In this document: piece by piece, positions 39,601 through 52,728 of the stretch | Numbering within the stretch: the stretch's first letter is position 1 | Layout of the letters: every line of letters begins with the position of its first letter | Origin: Lingula anatina | Taxonomy: Eukaryota; Animalia; Brachiopoda | Reading direction: 5' to 3' | DNA: 64,000 bases | Assembly: GCA_051362555.1 (NCBI GenBank) | Contig: CM120643.1 | Location: 20,712,848 to 20,776,847 of the forward strand | Translations under genes and position numbers: made by a program | The notes under the pieces: model-generated | What the model was told of the DNA's origin: nothing | The model's input: only the letters and a program-made list of their open reading frames with translations | The model's database searches: none

Positions 39601-42600
39601 ATAAATATCTTTCATCGAAGTATCCTAACATGCTGTAAAACAGAATATCAAAACTAAGAAAACAGTTTTTTTTACGCATTAGTATCCTATATACCTCTCG
39701 GCTGTTCTATACATATACATGTCTAATTACTCCATCAAGATAAACCGTACGTCGTCACCGTGCCAGCAGTGGTACTCTGTTAGCGTTTCAGATCGAATTA
39801 AGGGTGTATGTTTTTGACGCTCTCCACATTGCTCGATGTCGAGACAAACGAAACTGATATCGTCCCTCATAAACAATATCATGTAACGCAAAACAACTGC
39901 TGGATAGAAAAAAATCGAGAACCTTGCTGAAAACTGTTCTGCTCTATAAATACCAAAGAATGAACAAAAACACCTATGGAATATTTCTTGAATTCGAGCT
40001 TAGCGAATCAAACGACCTTACCCCCCCTTTTTGTGAAAATCCCATCTGAACTTATTACTAGTCTTGTCATTCAAAAATTACCGACATTCTTTCTCGACTT
40101 CTTTTCAAGAATTTTTCCTCTTATTTTCAACAGTTTGATAAGCAATGTCGTTCTACGTCAAAACAACCCTTAATGGGGAATGTCCCGCTGTTTTTAAGCG
40201 ATACATATATATATTATGGATTACTATTATTATTATTATAGATATAATATAATATGGATTACTATCATTATTATGGATATAATATTGTTTAGATATGGTC
40301 AATAAAATACTGGTCATAAAAAATGTTCACGTACTGTTGGTGTCCTGAAGTAATGTGTCGAGCCAAGTGAAATATGCTGTGACATTCGGAGGAATCTGGA
40401 AAACTGGAGAGGAAATCCCCGGGGGAGACAACGTCAGTCAAATCGATGGAATAAATTGGGTGTCACTCAAACTATGGAATTGTTGAAAATGCATTACAAT
40501 AGTAGTCATACTGTTTTTTTTTGCTACTTCTAACAAAATGGCTAAAATAAGCCCAGATTTATTGGCAGTATAAATAAACATACAGAGACGTTGTTGAAAG
40601 TCGTGGGCTTACTTCGACCTTAACGTGATAGAATTTGCTGTTGAAAAAGGCACACAAGTCAGGTGATATCAAAATATCAAAAATGATTGACAGCAACCCG
40701 TTTAAACTAACACTACCTTTAAGTGTCTGCAACGCCCTTTACATACATTCCCATGTCCTACTGACAGAACACGTTTTACTAGAATGTTTAACACAAAGTT
40801 TTGCAAAAGAGGGTTATTTACTATTGAAATCAGACCATTTGCTCTTTGAATCGTAAAACCCAACATAAATGTTAACAGGGCGTTCCTACCATCAACTACA
40901 CTGATAATGTTTTTATTATTAGTAATAACGCCGTGATAATTAAACATAAATCGCCACCAACAATGGCGTATGCGACATAACCACCCTCTACCGTGTTAAC
41001 ATTGATCGGTTCGTTTAACAAGCTTCGCATTTATCAACCATTCATCAACGTTGCCAAGGTGTGTAGACGCTACTCGCAAACCCACACATTTAACTCTTTT
41101 TGTTATAATTCAATTTGAAGCATGACCAGCATTTTAATAGCGATTGTGATCTCGAAGGGAAGAGGGTCTAGAATAACATTTCCACATAATGAAGCCCTTG
41201 TTTGCTTTTAAATGACGTCAACATATTAACCGATCTTTAGATTTTGAAGTCGAGAAATTCAATAGTGGGGGTGCGTCACGTGATACGAACCTCTCTAGAT
41301 CAGTCAGTCTTGAAGAGTCGCGAAAACCTTTGGCAAAGGGGTTGCTTTCTATCTTGAGCTTTGTTATCTGTAAATTTTCGAGAAAAAATAAAGCAATTAA
41401 CATACATTGTATTGATAATTATAAATTATTGTGACATCCGTATCCTTAATTCTCGTATTTTCACTTAATTTTATCGATTTGCATAATATTGATTTTTGCA
41501 TAATAACGATGAAAGAAATATGCTTGCGATAAAAATTTTAATAATATTATTACTACAAACAGGGTATAAGAAGAAAGAAAAAAAAAACAAATAATTCAAT
41601 CAACAATGAATACATACAAAAGAATAACTGCATGAACAAACAGACGAAAAATTATGAAATACAAATATCTACAATATCTAGGGCGACATGCCAAGCATGG
41701 TAATAGTTAAATAATAATAATAAAATAATAATAATAATAATATCCTTGTTAAGGTTGGTGTTCAACTCACCAGTTGGTTCTGGTAAGCCGTCACTGCGAT
41801 AAACATAGTTTCCGGGAAGACGAATGTCCTGTGTTCCTCGTGGTCCAGACTTGTAATGTTGGTTGGCGTGGTATCTGCTAGCTTTACTAGGTGGATCCGG
41901 GGCTGGTACTTGTGCATAGAATTCAGCACGATCTGGAAAAAGAACATTAGCTGTAGGTTTTTGCTTAATTGTTTGCCTTGAGAGCGAAATCCCGATTTGA
42001 GAAAATATTTTCATTGGATCAGTACATAGTGATGGTGAGGAATAGTCATCAAAATTAGAAAAGAGTTAGACAAAACTGCCAATTACATAGATTCCCGAAA
42101 AGTATTAATCTAATTTCCATGAGTGTTCTTCAAGATATCCTCAGCGTTGGTTATCTTCAGCGTATCGAAGTGCAATCAGTGCATTTAGGCAATTGATCTC
42201 CTTTGTTTCCAACTTTCATTTTATTCTAATAACACGATAAAGAATTAATCTACCCACTTTGAAAAACTTGGCAACCCTGCAAAACTGAAAATAAGTGGTT
42301 TAGATTTCCTTAAGCATAAAACGCGTGGTTAAAAAAAAATATGAAATCGAGAAATCAAGAAAACCCCAGGACGGTGCATAGTTCTCTTCACGATGGGTGA
42401 AAAAAGATAATCTGATCTAATAGCCCATTTTACGGAAATTGAGAAATAGGTTGACATCACACCGATTTCCCTGCACGCAATTGAATTGTTAGACATTCTC
42501 AATAGTTTAATATGAATAAAACAGAATGATCTTGACGCATGATAATTGCATTCCAAACAAAAAGAATCATTTCAGAGTCTCCAATACTATATATTTATCA

Positions 42601-43848
42601 TCAACTTTTTTTTCAAAATCATTGAAGTTATGAAAATATTTCAGCCTAAGCTTGTTTGTTTAAAAACAAAAAAATTAAATAAAAATGTACCAAAACGACA
42701 CAAAACCAATTACATGAACATGACGTTTGCATAATAATATCTCCGGCGTGGGTTAATGCTGATGACTCTCCGTTTAATTTCAAAATTCGAAACTAAACTG
42801 AACGTACCATGTGTTATCTGACTATTTAAGAGTACATTCAAAGTGCATGTTTCTCCAGTTCCTGAGTAAGATATCCTTTGTAACAAATTACGGCAGGGTT
42901 GACCCATACGGCTTTCAATGGTATCAGTACTTAGTATTCTTTGCATTGTTAGCTGTTTTAATCATACAAATTAATTATATTGTCATGATGCCCTTTGTTC
43001 TCCTTATGAAAGAGTAATGGTAATGACACGTGGGATTTAAACAAACGAGTCGATGTTTAACATTAAACCCTTTTCGCATATTTAAAGAATTTAAAACATC
43101 AATTTAAAAAGAGGGTCTGAGTTAAGAAAATTTAGAAACATTAATGATTTTTCCTGATTTCACCCTTAAACTCGTTTGTCACCCGTGTCTTATTTTCATA
43201 TGAAATTCGAGATAACCTTTGATAAGTAATTTGGAAAGTGATTCTTAAGCCTGGTATTTCATCTCCCTCGTGTAACGCTAAGCTCATCTCATATTCTCAT
43301 CCCAAGTAATTCAAAAAAAGATTCGGATACGTCTAATCTCGGTTTATCACCCTCGCTTTCCCCTACTTTCCCAGAGACTTCAACAAAGCCCGCCGATTGA
43401 CAAGTAGGGGACAAGTGACGTGGAGCACGTGCGTGAAAGCGTCCGGCAGTGTTTCATAAACTCTGCACCATTAACTTACGACTCGCACTGACATGGTAAT
43501 AAGTGTAAACAATGCATCTTAGCAGCACAATTAACCAATGAAAGTACGGACGCCAGACATGTCAGTGAAGTGGTGTCCAGATGATCTTTTCTGAAATCCT
43601 TAAAGAGACATCCTGAAGTACCTTAGTAATGGATGCTTTGAAACTAAATAACGTCTTAGCCGTTTGGAAGGGAAAGCTACCTTCTAGATCTACATATGCC
43701 TACTGCTGACTGTTCTAATTATGTCTAGTTTTTATTGTATTTTTTTTCAAAGCGGAAATTAATTAATTTTTTTCCTGAAAAACAAAATGACTAATGATTT
43801 TTTTAATTCAAACTGTTTTCATGGTCGACGCTAAAATGATCTTTACCG

Positions 43849-43897
<49 letters not shown>

Positions 43898-46569
43898 GGG
43901 TCACTCACATGTCCAGTTTTGTCCATCATGTTATTGGTCAGTTTGACTTTCTCGAAGGACACGGTCTGTTTGTGTAACTGCTCCCCGGAGAACGTGGAGT
44001 CCGGGTGAACATGGAGCCGAGATGGAAGAGGAGGGTCAGCCTTCCCCGCTACCAACCACGAGGAGCGATGATAAGCGTAACGGTAGCGTTTGCCGTCAAC
44101 TGGTGTAACATCCATGAGGACGGCGTATTTAGCATCTGACTCCAGCCCACTGAACGACACTCGTAGGGTAGGAAACATACGCCTGCAATCAAAATTTTAA
44201 TTAAATACATTTTGTTCACTGTCCGAAGACAAAATAAAATAAGATGAAATAAATAAATAATTAATTAAATAAATAAATAAAAGAAAATAAGATTTTTTGA
44301 AAAAGGAAAAGTAATGAAAAAGAAGAGGAAGAAACTCCTATAATTGCTCTCAAGGATAAAGCAAGGATTGTGTATTACTGTAGAGTAATGAGGATAAAAG
44401 AATCGTGGGGTAAAGGGTAAACGTCATCAAATAATTATCTAGTTGTTCTGTTAACGTTTCTGCGTATCAAGGTAAATATTTGCTTGCGAACTGCCCTTTC
44501 GAAAATTCATACATGTGAAAGGTGGCGAGTGAACAACTTTGACCGAATAAAACTGAGATGATAACTGTCCACGTTATGTAAAGGGCGTTGCAGACACTTA
44601 AAGGTAGTGTGATGATAAAACTGAAATTGTTGACGAACCATACGTAGAAACCCATACTTTAGTTGTAGAAACTACCATATTTCTTTTTAAAATAAGGAAT
44701 AGAATTCTGCATTTTTCTTGAATCAGAGGGGTTAATTTTCAACTTAGTTTTTATTTCGAATGAACGGATTCTTGGGTACCTTTTTCAAACGGTGCACGTT
44801 ATTTAAAGTTATCTTGGAAATAAAGACAATAATTCTATATCATGACAGATCAGATCAACTTAAGCCAACATTTGTGTACGTCATTGTCAAGTTAAAGGTA
44901 TTTTAACTTTTATTCTCAGCACAAAAGAATTGTTCTCGAATATCCCGAACGTACAAAATAAGGGTATTTAAGGTAAGGAGGTGAGAAAAATCTAAATAAT
45001 GTGAACTCTATATCTGACTGCCTTTTCATACCTACGGGTAGAGAATTGTACTTGTATTTCAAGGCAACACAATCCTCAGAGAACTGAAAACTAAAAACAA
45101 CACAGATGTCTAATCCGAAAACTATGAATCTTGCACCCCCTCTCTCTCTCTCTCAGTCCGGATTTTCAGAATGGAGCTTTCTACGGAGACGCCGTCATGA
45201 AGAACGTATCATGTCAAACGCGACAAGAATATGCGTTTGCCATTAATAAGTACGAGAGAAAGGAGAACGTTCCTGTCTATTGTGAGTCGATAGCGATACG
45301 GTGACTTTACGCGGTGAATATCAATGAATGGGGAAATAAAGCCGTCCTCTTTAGTTGTAAACTTTGTAAAATATTGAATGAATGGAGGACAACGTCGTCA
45401 AGCGGAATGGGGGTGCGTTCTAGAACAAATATGGCCGCCCTCGCCACGCGCTCTTACGGCTTGTTACCAGCGATGTTACACAATTAATGAGTTTGTATTT
45501 TTTTAGCGTCTTTTCCTCACCTAAACCGTCCAAATCTCTACACACAGATGCTCAAACTTCCGATGCAGAGTGCTAAAAATATGAGCGAGTCTCCCTGATC
45601 GTAACAGCATTCCCCCACACGTAACCTGCCGGGAGAACTGGCAAGACATAACAAACACGTGTGTTTAGCTTTCATATAGGTGTTGATGGAGGGTAAAAAT
45701 TCACAAAAACTTCTCCAAAAATTTGCAAACATTTCCCCTTCCCCTTACGAACGCCGGTAACCAGCCCGCTAACAAGCATCTTACACAAACCCTCGGCATT
45801 CTGCAATGTCAATATTTAAGAGAAGGACATTTATCGATCTGGGTTTTAAATTAAAAGGTTTGAAAACTTGAACAGACGGCAAGGTTGTGTTTTCTTTCCA
45901 ATTGGCTTTTGACACTTGCCAGACCTAAGCAGCACCACGGCTGTTTACCGCACTAAAAATGTTATGTTTGTGCTTTTGGGGGTTATTAGGAGATCGTATT
46001 ACCACCCCAAATTCAGCAAGAGTAGTGAAATTGCAGCCTCGCAGATTTTACCCTTGATTTATGGAAAATATACTTTTTTAATTTTCATAAATAGCGCCAT
46101 AATCAAAACATCAATCCAGATCAACCAAATCGGTTTACGTAATTAAGCATTAAATTAGAGTAATAAATTATTAACATGCCGTTGTTAACATTGAAAAATG
46201 GTGAAAATTGACAAGCTTTTAAGTGAAAGTTATCCAAAGCGTGTTATCGCCGAGGCACATTGGGAAAAATAACAGAGAACTGGATTATTTCGAGGCAAGC
46301 AGTACCCAGAAAGTTAGAAGCATTAAGTGTTCGTAAGTCCCCATTACCTCCGTGTGCGAAAAGAATCCTTCAACCAAACGCCACTCGAACTAATCACGAA
46401 GGTGTGAGCTCCAACGAGTTTAAATAACCAAGGTTTGAAAATTTATCTTTCAGTTTTTTTTTCAAACCAACCAAAGTTCTCTTAAACAAACTTGGTATTT
46501 CACTGACTGTTAATCGGTCGATAAACCTGTATCATAATCATCAACAAAACAAAACATGCTCATCCAACA

Positions 46570-46625
<56 letters not shown>

Positions 46626-47204
46626 AGAACACGCCAGCACAATCACTATCAAATAACACACACTTTATTTTCCTCAAAAATCACTACAAAATTTAAATTA
46701 ATTTATGACGGAATAAATTAGTCACCACACGTTATATATGGTGGCAGAGGGCAATGTTATATGACATTACCACCGCGTTACATTGATTCTTTGATATGAA
46801 TCTAGGAAAACCATGTTACAACTATGAACAAGCAACAGTCATCAAATCCCTGGGCTCCAAACACATTAAACCTTTCCTCCAATATCTCAAAATCGTTCTA
46901 CTATATACATTTTCGTCTTCGGGGAACTTTATTTTCGGTTTTTCACTTTGGATGAACCTTTGTTAATTTTCATGTACCGTTTGCTCGAATTTAGGTGTTA
47001 CATTTTTATCCTCAAGCTTCATCTTTCTCCTTGATATTTTTCACGAAATAAGTATGTAATAGGCATATAAAAAATACAGTATAATCTACATGTATTTCAT
47101 GTTGTTGCTATCTCATGGCAAAACCTTTGATCAAGAAACGTCAACTTGAATCACATTGAAAATGATAAATTGTTTACTTATTTTATAATCATTGCGTCTA
47201 TTTG

Positions 47205-47239
<35 letters not shown>

Positions 47240-50200
47240 GATATTTTACAGGCACCATTTATCTCACCTTCCAGATTTAGTAATGATCATCTCTGTCCCC
47301 AGTTCGTGAAATTTCGCCCACAAATCTTTCGTTTCCAGACGACAGTGCACTCCGGCCAGCGTCTCACTCCCGCTGACCAGTGGCTTAGTGGACTTACTGT
47401 CCGGTGCGTTCCGTGACTTCCCAGTTTTCTCTGTGCTCACCACTGTTTTGAAGGCGCTGTCGGACTTAGATGGGCTGGTGTCGGCTTTTGTTAGCTCCGC
47501 TGACGAACTTGTGGTGAAGCCGTTTGCATTGTGGGCAAGTCTCTCTGGAAAAAGGAAAAAAAGAGAATTATTGCTTCTTGAAGTAGCCGGAAATTTCTCT
47601 TTTGTTTGCCAATATTTTTCAAAAATTATAATAAGAATGAAATGGTGTTCGTATGTAACAATATATTATAATAAGCATTGGATTATAAAACAATATTTTG
47701 AACTACGGTATGCAATACTTGCATAAAAGAGTCAAAACTGTATTTCCACCTTGGTTCAAATAAAATTGTGCAAATGATTCGTTGAATAAAATTTCTTTAC
47801 CGACTCCACTCACAGAGTCCAATTCCAGATGAATGTTTGTTTTTATTCTGATCACGTTTTATTATTCACAAAAAGGTGCCGATATTCTCATTTTGATGAA
47901 ATCCTTATCAAGTAAGTAATTGGTCTTTACCAGATTTCGCAATGCCTTGTTTTAACTAATAACCCTAAAAGTCTGCTGAGATCCATTTAAACTCGTTCTC
48001 TTGGGCAATGTATCATTTGTTGACCAACAGATACTTAACAAAAATAACCAAGCGCCCTAGGCCATGCAGAACGCCGAGTTAATGATGCATGACTTTAGTC
48101 GATCACGAAGTTACTGTTACAGTAAGTGTGAGGCAAGGAATCGCTAAAGTTACTATCGCTGACGACGTCGTGATTTGGCATCAAAGGTCGCCCACGCCAT
48201 TATGACAGTGACACGAAACACTTCTATTGCCACTATTTGTCACAACCGGTGATACGCTTTTATCATGCTTATTGTAAAATACATTATTCTAATTTCCTTT
48301 TTAAGATTCAATTGTTGAACATGTTGTCTTTTTGAGGCTTCCCCGTCGCTTGTCTTTAATGTGTTGTAACTGCTTTGGCGTCTAATGATCAACCATCATT
48401 TGAAGACACACAGTTACAACAAAATGCCGTTTTTTTCTCCAAATTACTATCTTCAAAGACAACGGTAGTCTTAGCAGCGTTGAAGGGATTTAACTCGTAC
48501 GGTTTTGAACACAGTCATACTGTCGTTTGTTGACAATTAGTTGACAAACTAAGGAAAAGTGCGGTGTAAGATTTTTGAAGTAAATTGTTTTATCATCAAA
48601 GCCAGAAGAGCCCGGAAGAAAGAAAGAACGAAAGGAAAGAGCAGTGATAGATTTTAAAGGAAACTGTAATCATCAAAGTCAGAAGAGCCCCGTGAAATGC
48701 TACTGCAAAAGTGAGTTAAATGACAAGATATCCAAATATTACAGTCATCAGTCCACGCCCTCGTGTTCTTTTATCAATAAAAGTTCACAATCAATAAAAG
48801 TGTCTTTTTTGAATTCCTTTCTAAGCCTATAGCTAACAAATAATGCTATCAATTATTAATGAACTTGGAAAATATATCAAAGCGTATAGCTATAGCATTA
48901 TAGATATGCTATCAAAATTAAATAAAATTTGAAAATATTTGGAAACGAATAACCTGACTGATACAGTATCTCATACAGAATCAAACTAATTTTAATACAA
49001 AGATGACATAATGAAATTCAGAAACGCTTAGTTATGCCAAACGGTATATAAAAAATGAGTAGGGTTATAGCAGCAGGGCTTAAATTGGAATTATGAAATC
49101 TGTTTCTCTATTTACTTAAATATATTTGAAATTACCTTTTAACAAATTCGTTTATCATCTTATTATTTTGTCGAAACATGTCTCCAAAATAATGATTAAA
49201 ATCACCACTGCCTGAAAATACTGACAATATCAACACCTAATTTATAAGACTGACTTGGAAAAAATGGCTCAGACAATTAAGTTTATATAATCGCATTAAT
49301 CAAGGAAAAATGTGATTAGCAAATATTTATTCCCCATTTACGTGACTAATTATTGCTTGAAAATGGTAATTTATCCTAATTATTCAGCCCTTTATATTAC
49401 TGCTAAATGTTCGGCTTTTACATCAGGTTTTACGGCGGCAGTGGACGACTGAAAAAAAAATCACAAACACACGCACACGCACGCCAGAAAAACTGTTTTT
49501 CAAAATGATACATAATTTCTTCGTATCTGGGCATTTTCTGTTTTAAAAGGGTTTCTTCGACTCTAAATACATTTGCAAAGAAGACCTCATGTCGCCGTAG
49601 CAGTGACAAATAGACTATAGCAGAAACATTTTTTTATTATTTAATCTGGGATGGCTGTTTGTGTTTCAGCGGTTGGTAGCAGAAGGTGTTACAACTCCTT
49701 CAACGGCCGAGTTTGCGGAACCCCAGCCCATCAAGCTTGGTGTACATTTGTATGACATGCCACAAGGTGTTTTGTATCTCGCATAGGAGTTCTTGTCGTA
49801 GTTTTTAACCAATGTAAAGTTCGTTTTTCTTCACAACCTACCACAGGCGTACATACCGTCAAATAACACTTGACTGAACTGCATCATAGTTATCCAGCCA
49901 AAGAGGACTTCTTTTTAGAATTATCGCTCAAACCAGGAGTAAATGCATTTCATCCAAATTCTGGGCATTAAGAAAAGTATTGTGGTTTTAGAAGATGTTC
50001 AGCTTGGTCCTGTCTTGTCTTGTCAGCACGTGACGTTAAATGTCGTCTGCTGTCATCATGATGTCATCTGTTTTCAGCGTTCTGTCACTTTGGCGTCCAT
50101 TAGATAAGTTTGGGCGTGAAGAAACTCGCTGAACTAGAGAGTTTTAGATGGAAAGACGTTGTCGTTTGTTGTTACTTTGATTTGTAAACATTTCTCAAAC

Positions 50201-52728
50201 TCATGACAAAATGCGCAATTTTGCCAGTTTAAGTCAGCAATGGCCGTCATGAATTTGTTGTTTATAGATAAGAGGACATGAACCGTGCTTTCATTTATTT
50301 TTCTTAGTCATCACTGGCAACCTGATTAAACCAGCTCCTTCGTTCAAAAAAGTCCAACAAAACACGGTCTATTACATCGATTAAACATAAGATCCAGGAA
50401 AAATTTTAAGTGATATTTGATTGAATGTATACAGTTAAGTTTTCAGTCGACATCTCTCAATTTTCCACTTTCGCCCAGACTACACAAACAATGGAGACCC
50501 AGAGCACTTTCCTACAAAATATCTTCCATCTGACTAATTGTCCTGCAATGTGATGTTTGACACCCAATACTGGCGAAAAGATATTGAGATTAACACGGTG
50601 TAAGGGCTCCCTGACATAACAGAGGCAATGACAAGAAAATTACAACTTTGAAAATTGAAGTTACATCACAAAAATTGTGAAACGCTTAACGCATAAAGCC
50701 GCTTTTCGACACATGAATGACCAAGGAGATCATTTGCTTTCATCTATTTCAATTCTTCTGTTCGTCATAATCACAAGGTCTGCATTGGGGTACCGACAAA
50801 ACCGACAGATTTTCCCGAAAATTGACACCGGTAATAATAACTTAGTTGAATTTCTTAAATCCAACGGAGTATTGAGGGGGAATAAAGTGGTTGATACCTG
50901 CCGTGAAGCGATGAAAGGTCATTCAATGCCTTGAAGTCGGTTACAAATAATTCAAGTTAAAGACGCACAGAATCAGAAGTCCTGAGAATCAAAACGCTAT
51001 ATTTTTTTCATCGGGTATTTGTAGAATTTTCAAATTGATGCCATTGTTTCGCTATGAATGTATAGCGTGTTGATTTTATTTTTACATTTTCGGTGTCAAG
51101 AGAGATAGCCTCATCGTTTTTATGAGATATCATTCCCCACCGCCTCCTGAATTGCCATTTAACTGGCCGACTAATGCCATTCATTACCTCCAATAAAATT
51201 TTCATTGTACAAATATGATTGCTTGTTTCGAGTGTTTATACTTATTGCCAAAGAAAGGGTGAAAATTAAATCTTCGCTAATATAATTTGTATTGATCAAA
51301 ATGGTAAACGGCCTTTGTACGTTTCAGAGTTTCGAGTTGAGTTTCCTCGCCTCCCTGACTTAGTAGACTGATATGGGGCTTGATTAGCAAAAATACAACA
51401 CCTAGAACTGTTGCCGAGATATAAGATTTCAGTGTTGGTGTTGAAATAAGTCTGCCAACAACAGAACGCGGTTTAAAGTAAACCGCAAAATGGGGATAAA
51501 AAACCTAAAATGTTATTGGAAATTGTCTCAGGTTTCTATAGTCTACCGGGGTAATAACGAAGTTATAGTAAATTCTCTAATGTGACATGCTGAATATGAG
51601 AATGGTTAGGGCGGTAAGCAATGGAACATCTTTCTTATTATCAGCAGGAATTTGTTTTCATTCAAAATACCTTAAAAGCAATTATATTACTGCAATTATA
51701 CAGTATAGTCTACAACTAGTTTTTAGACGGTGGTTTGGTTTTTAATAAATAACTATCATTCCATAACTTGAATTGGACTTATTTATATTTATGAATAATG
51801 ATATTTTATTTAATGTAAATATGGTCCATTTGTGTAACTTTTAATTGTCAACAGTATTACACGTGACTGCTACATACCCGGGCATCGCGTCTTATTTGTA
51901 CAAAATGCTTTTTTTACTTTATTTGTGTTAGTAAACTTCTTGAAAATATTTACCATCGCACTTAGTCAGTTGTCTACATTTTCTCACGTAAAATAAACTC
52001 CTTTTTGTACTGCTTCAAGACGTTGCAAAGATATACTGGATTTGTGCCTCAACTTTTAACCCGGGACTTAAAATGTGCATGTATATTTTCAGTGTAATTC
52101 CAGTTCGAATACTATTTATCTTGAAAAATACAAGTATTCATTTTTCCTCCATGGGTTCTCTTTAACCCCGACTTTAACTGTAAGATATCACGCTCTGCCT
52201 CCCTGACATTAAGATAATATTAAATCAACAAGAATAACAAGGACATCTTACATAGCCTTTACAGCAAATCTAGAATAATTTTTTCCAAAATAATGGTCTT
52301 GTTCTCAAGCAAGGCATTCAACCACATCGGAATTAAATGGTTAAAAAATATTTGACACTTAAACTACTGGGGAAATATTTATAATAAATCCAGAAATACA
52401 TGTTTGTAACGACACACATGTAACAGTGATTGCAATTGGTTTTACAGTTTTTAAGGACACCTGCATATAACTAAGTACATGTACACCGCGACTTACCGAG
52501 TGACGAAATGGAGCATACATCAATGTTAGCGTTGTCATCATCCTCGTCATCATCAACCATGGCCATGTCATCGTCCTTGTGCTCCTCACTGTCACTACTG
52601 CTACTGTTACTGTTATTGTTACCCATGATTGCGTCTATCGTGAACGCCGAAGGTCTCTTAAAGCTCGTTGGTATAGGAATAGGTTTAACAGCGACGCAGA
52701 GGACATCTTTAACACCTAACTCCTCCAT
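36700..52728 (-). CDS. TBX20: T-box transcription factor Tbx20 (H15/midline family), ~517 aa
   Basis: Exons (minus): 52497-52728, 47268-47544, 43909-44182, 41771-41932, 41291-41367, 38904-39028, 36700-37106 (1554 nt, frame continuous). N-terminal eh1 motif FTIDAIM. T-box: [28 protein letters not shown]...[21 protein letters not shown]...[12 protein letters not shown]...[30 protein letters not shown]. Also the Tbx20-typical HTYARSPLR and a C-terminal RYRPY. Confidence 0.96.
38145..38469. mobile_element. Non-autonomous MITE with TTAA target duplication (Kolobok-like) in Tbx20 intron 6
   Basis: 16-bp perfect TIRs AGGGATAACAACTGTT (38145-38160) and AACAGTTGTTATCCCT (38454-38469), flanked by TTAA at 38141-38144 and 38470-38473. 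No coding capacity. Confidence 0.8.
40710..44610. repeat. Perfect 36-bp inverted repeat pair (40710-40745 and 44575-44610) in Tbx20 introns 5 and 2
   Basis: ACACTACCTTTAAGTGTCTGCAACGCCCTTTACATA and its exact reverse complement. It also shows up as the shared peptide [12 protein letters not shown] in two opposite-strand spurious ORFs. Confidence 0.95.
43852..43896. repeat. (AG)n microsatellite just inside Tbx20 intron 3
   Basis: Directly visible, about 12 nt from the exon 3 donor. Confidence 0.9.
46567..46624. repeat. Compound (CA)n(GA)n microsatellite
   Basis: Directly visible. Confidence 0.9.

Noticed and set aside
40711-44609. Reading the CACTA...TAGTG inverted pair as one 3.9-kb CACTA element that captured T-box exons
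   Set aside because: Flanks (TAA versus TGA) give no 2- or 3-bp TSD, and the enclosed exons are native, collinear parts of an intact Tbx20 gene.
47388-47726. 112-aa plus-strand ORF (similarly 52508-52804 and 36783-37166)
   Set aside because: Antisense to Tbx20 exons 2, 1 and 7; explained by the real minus-strand frame.
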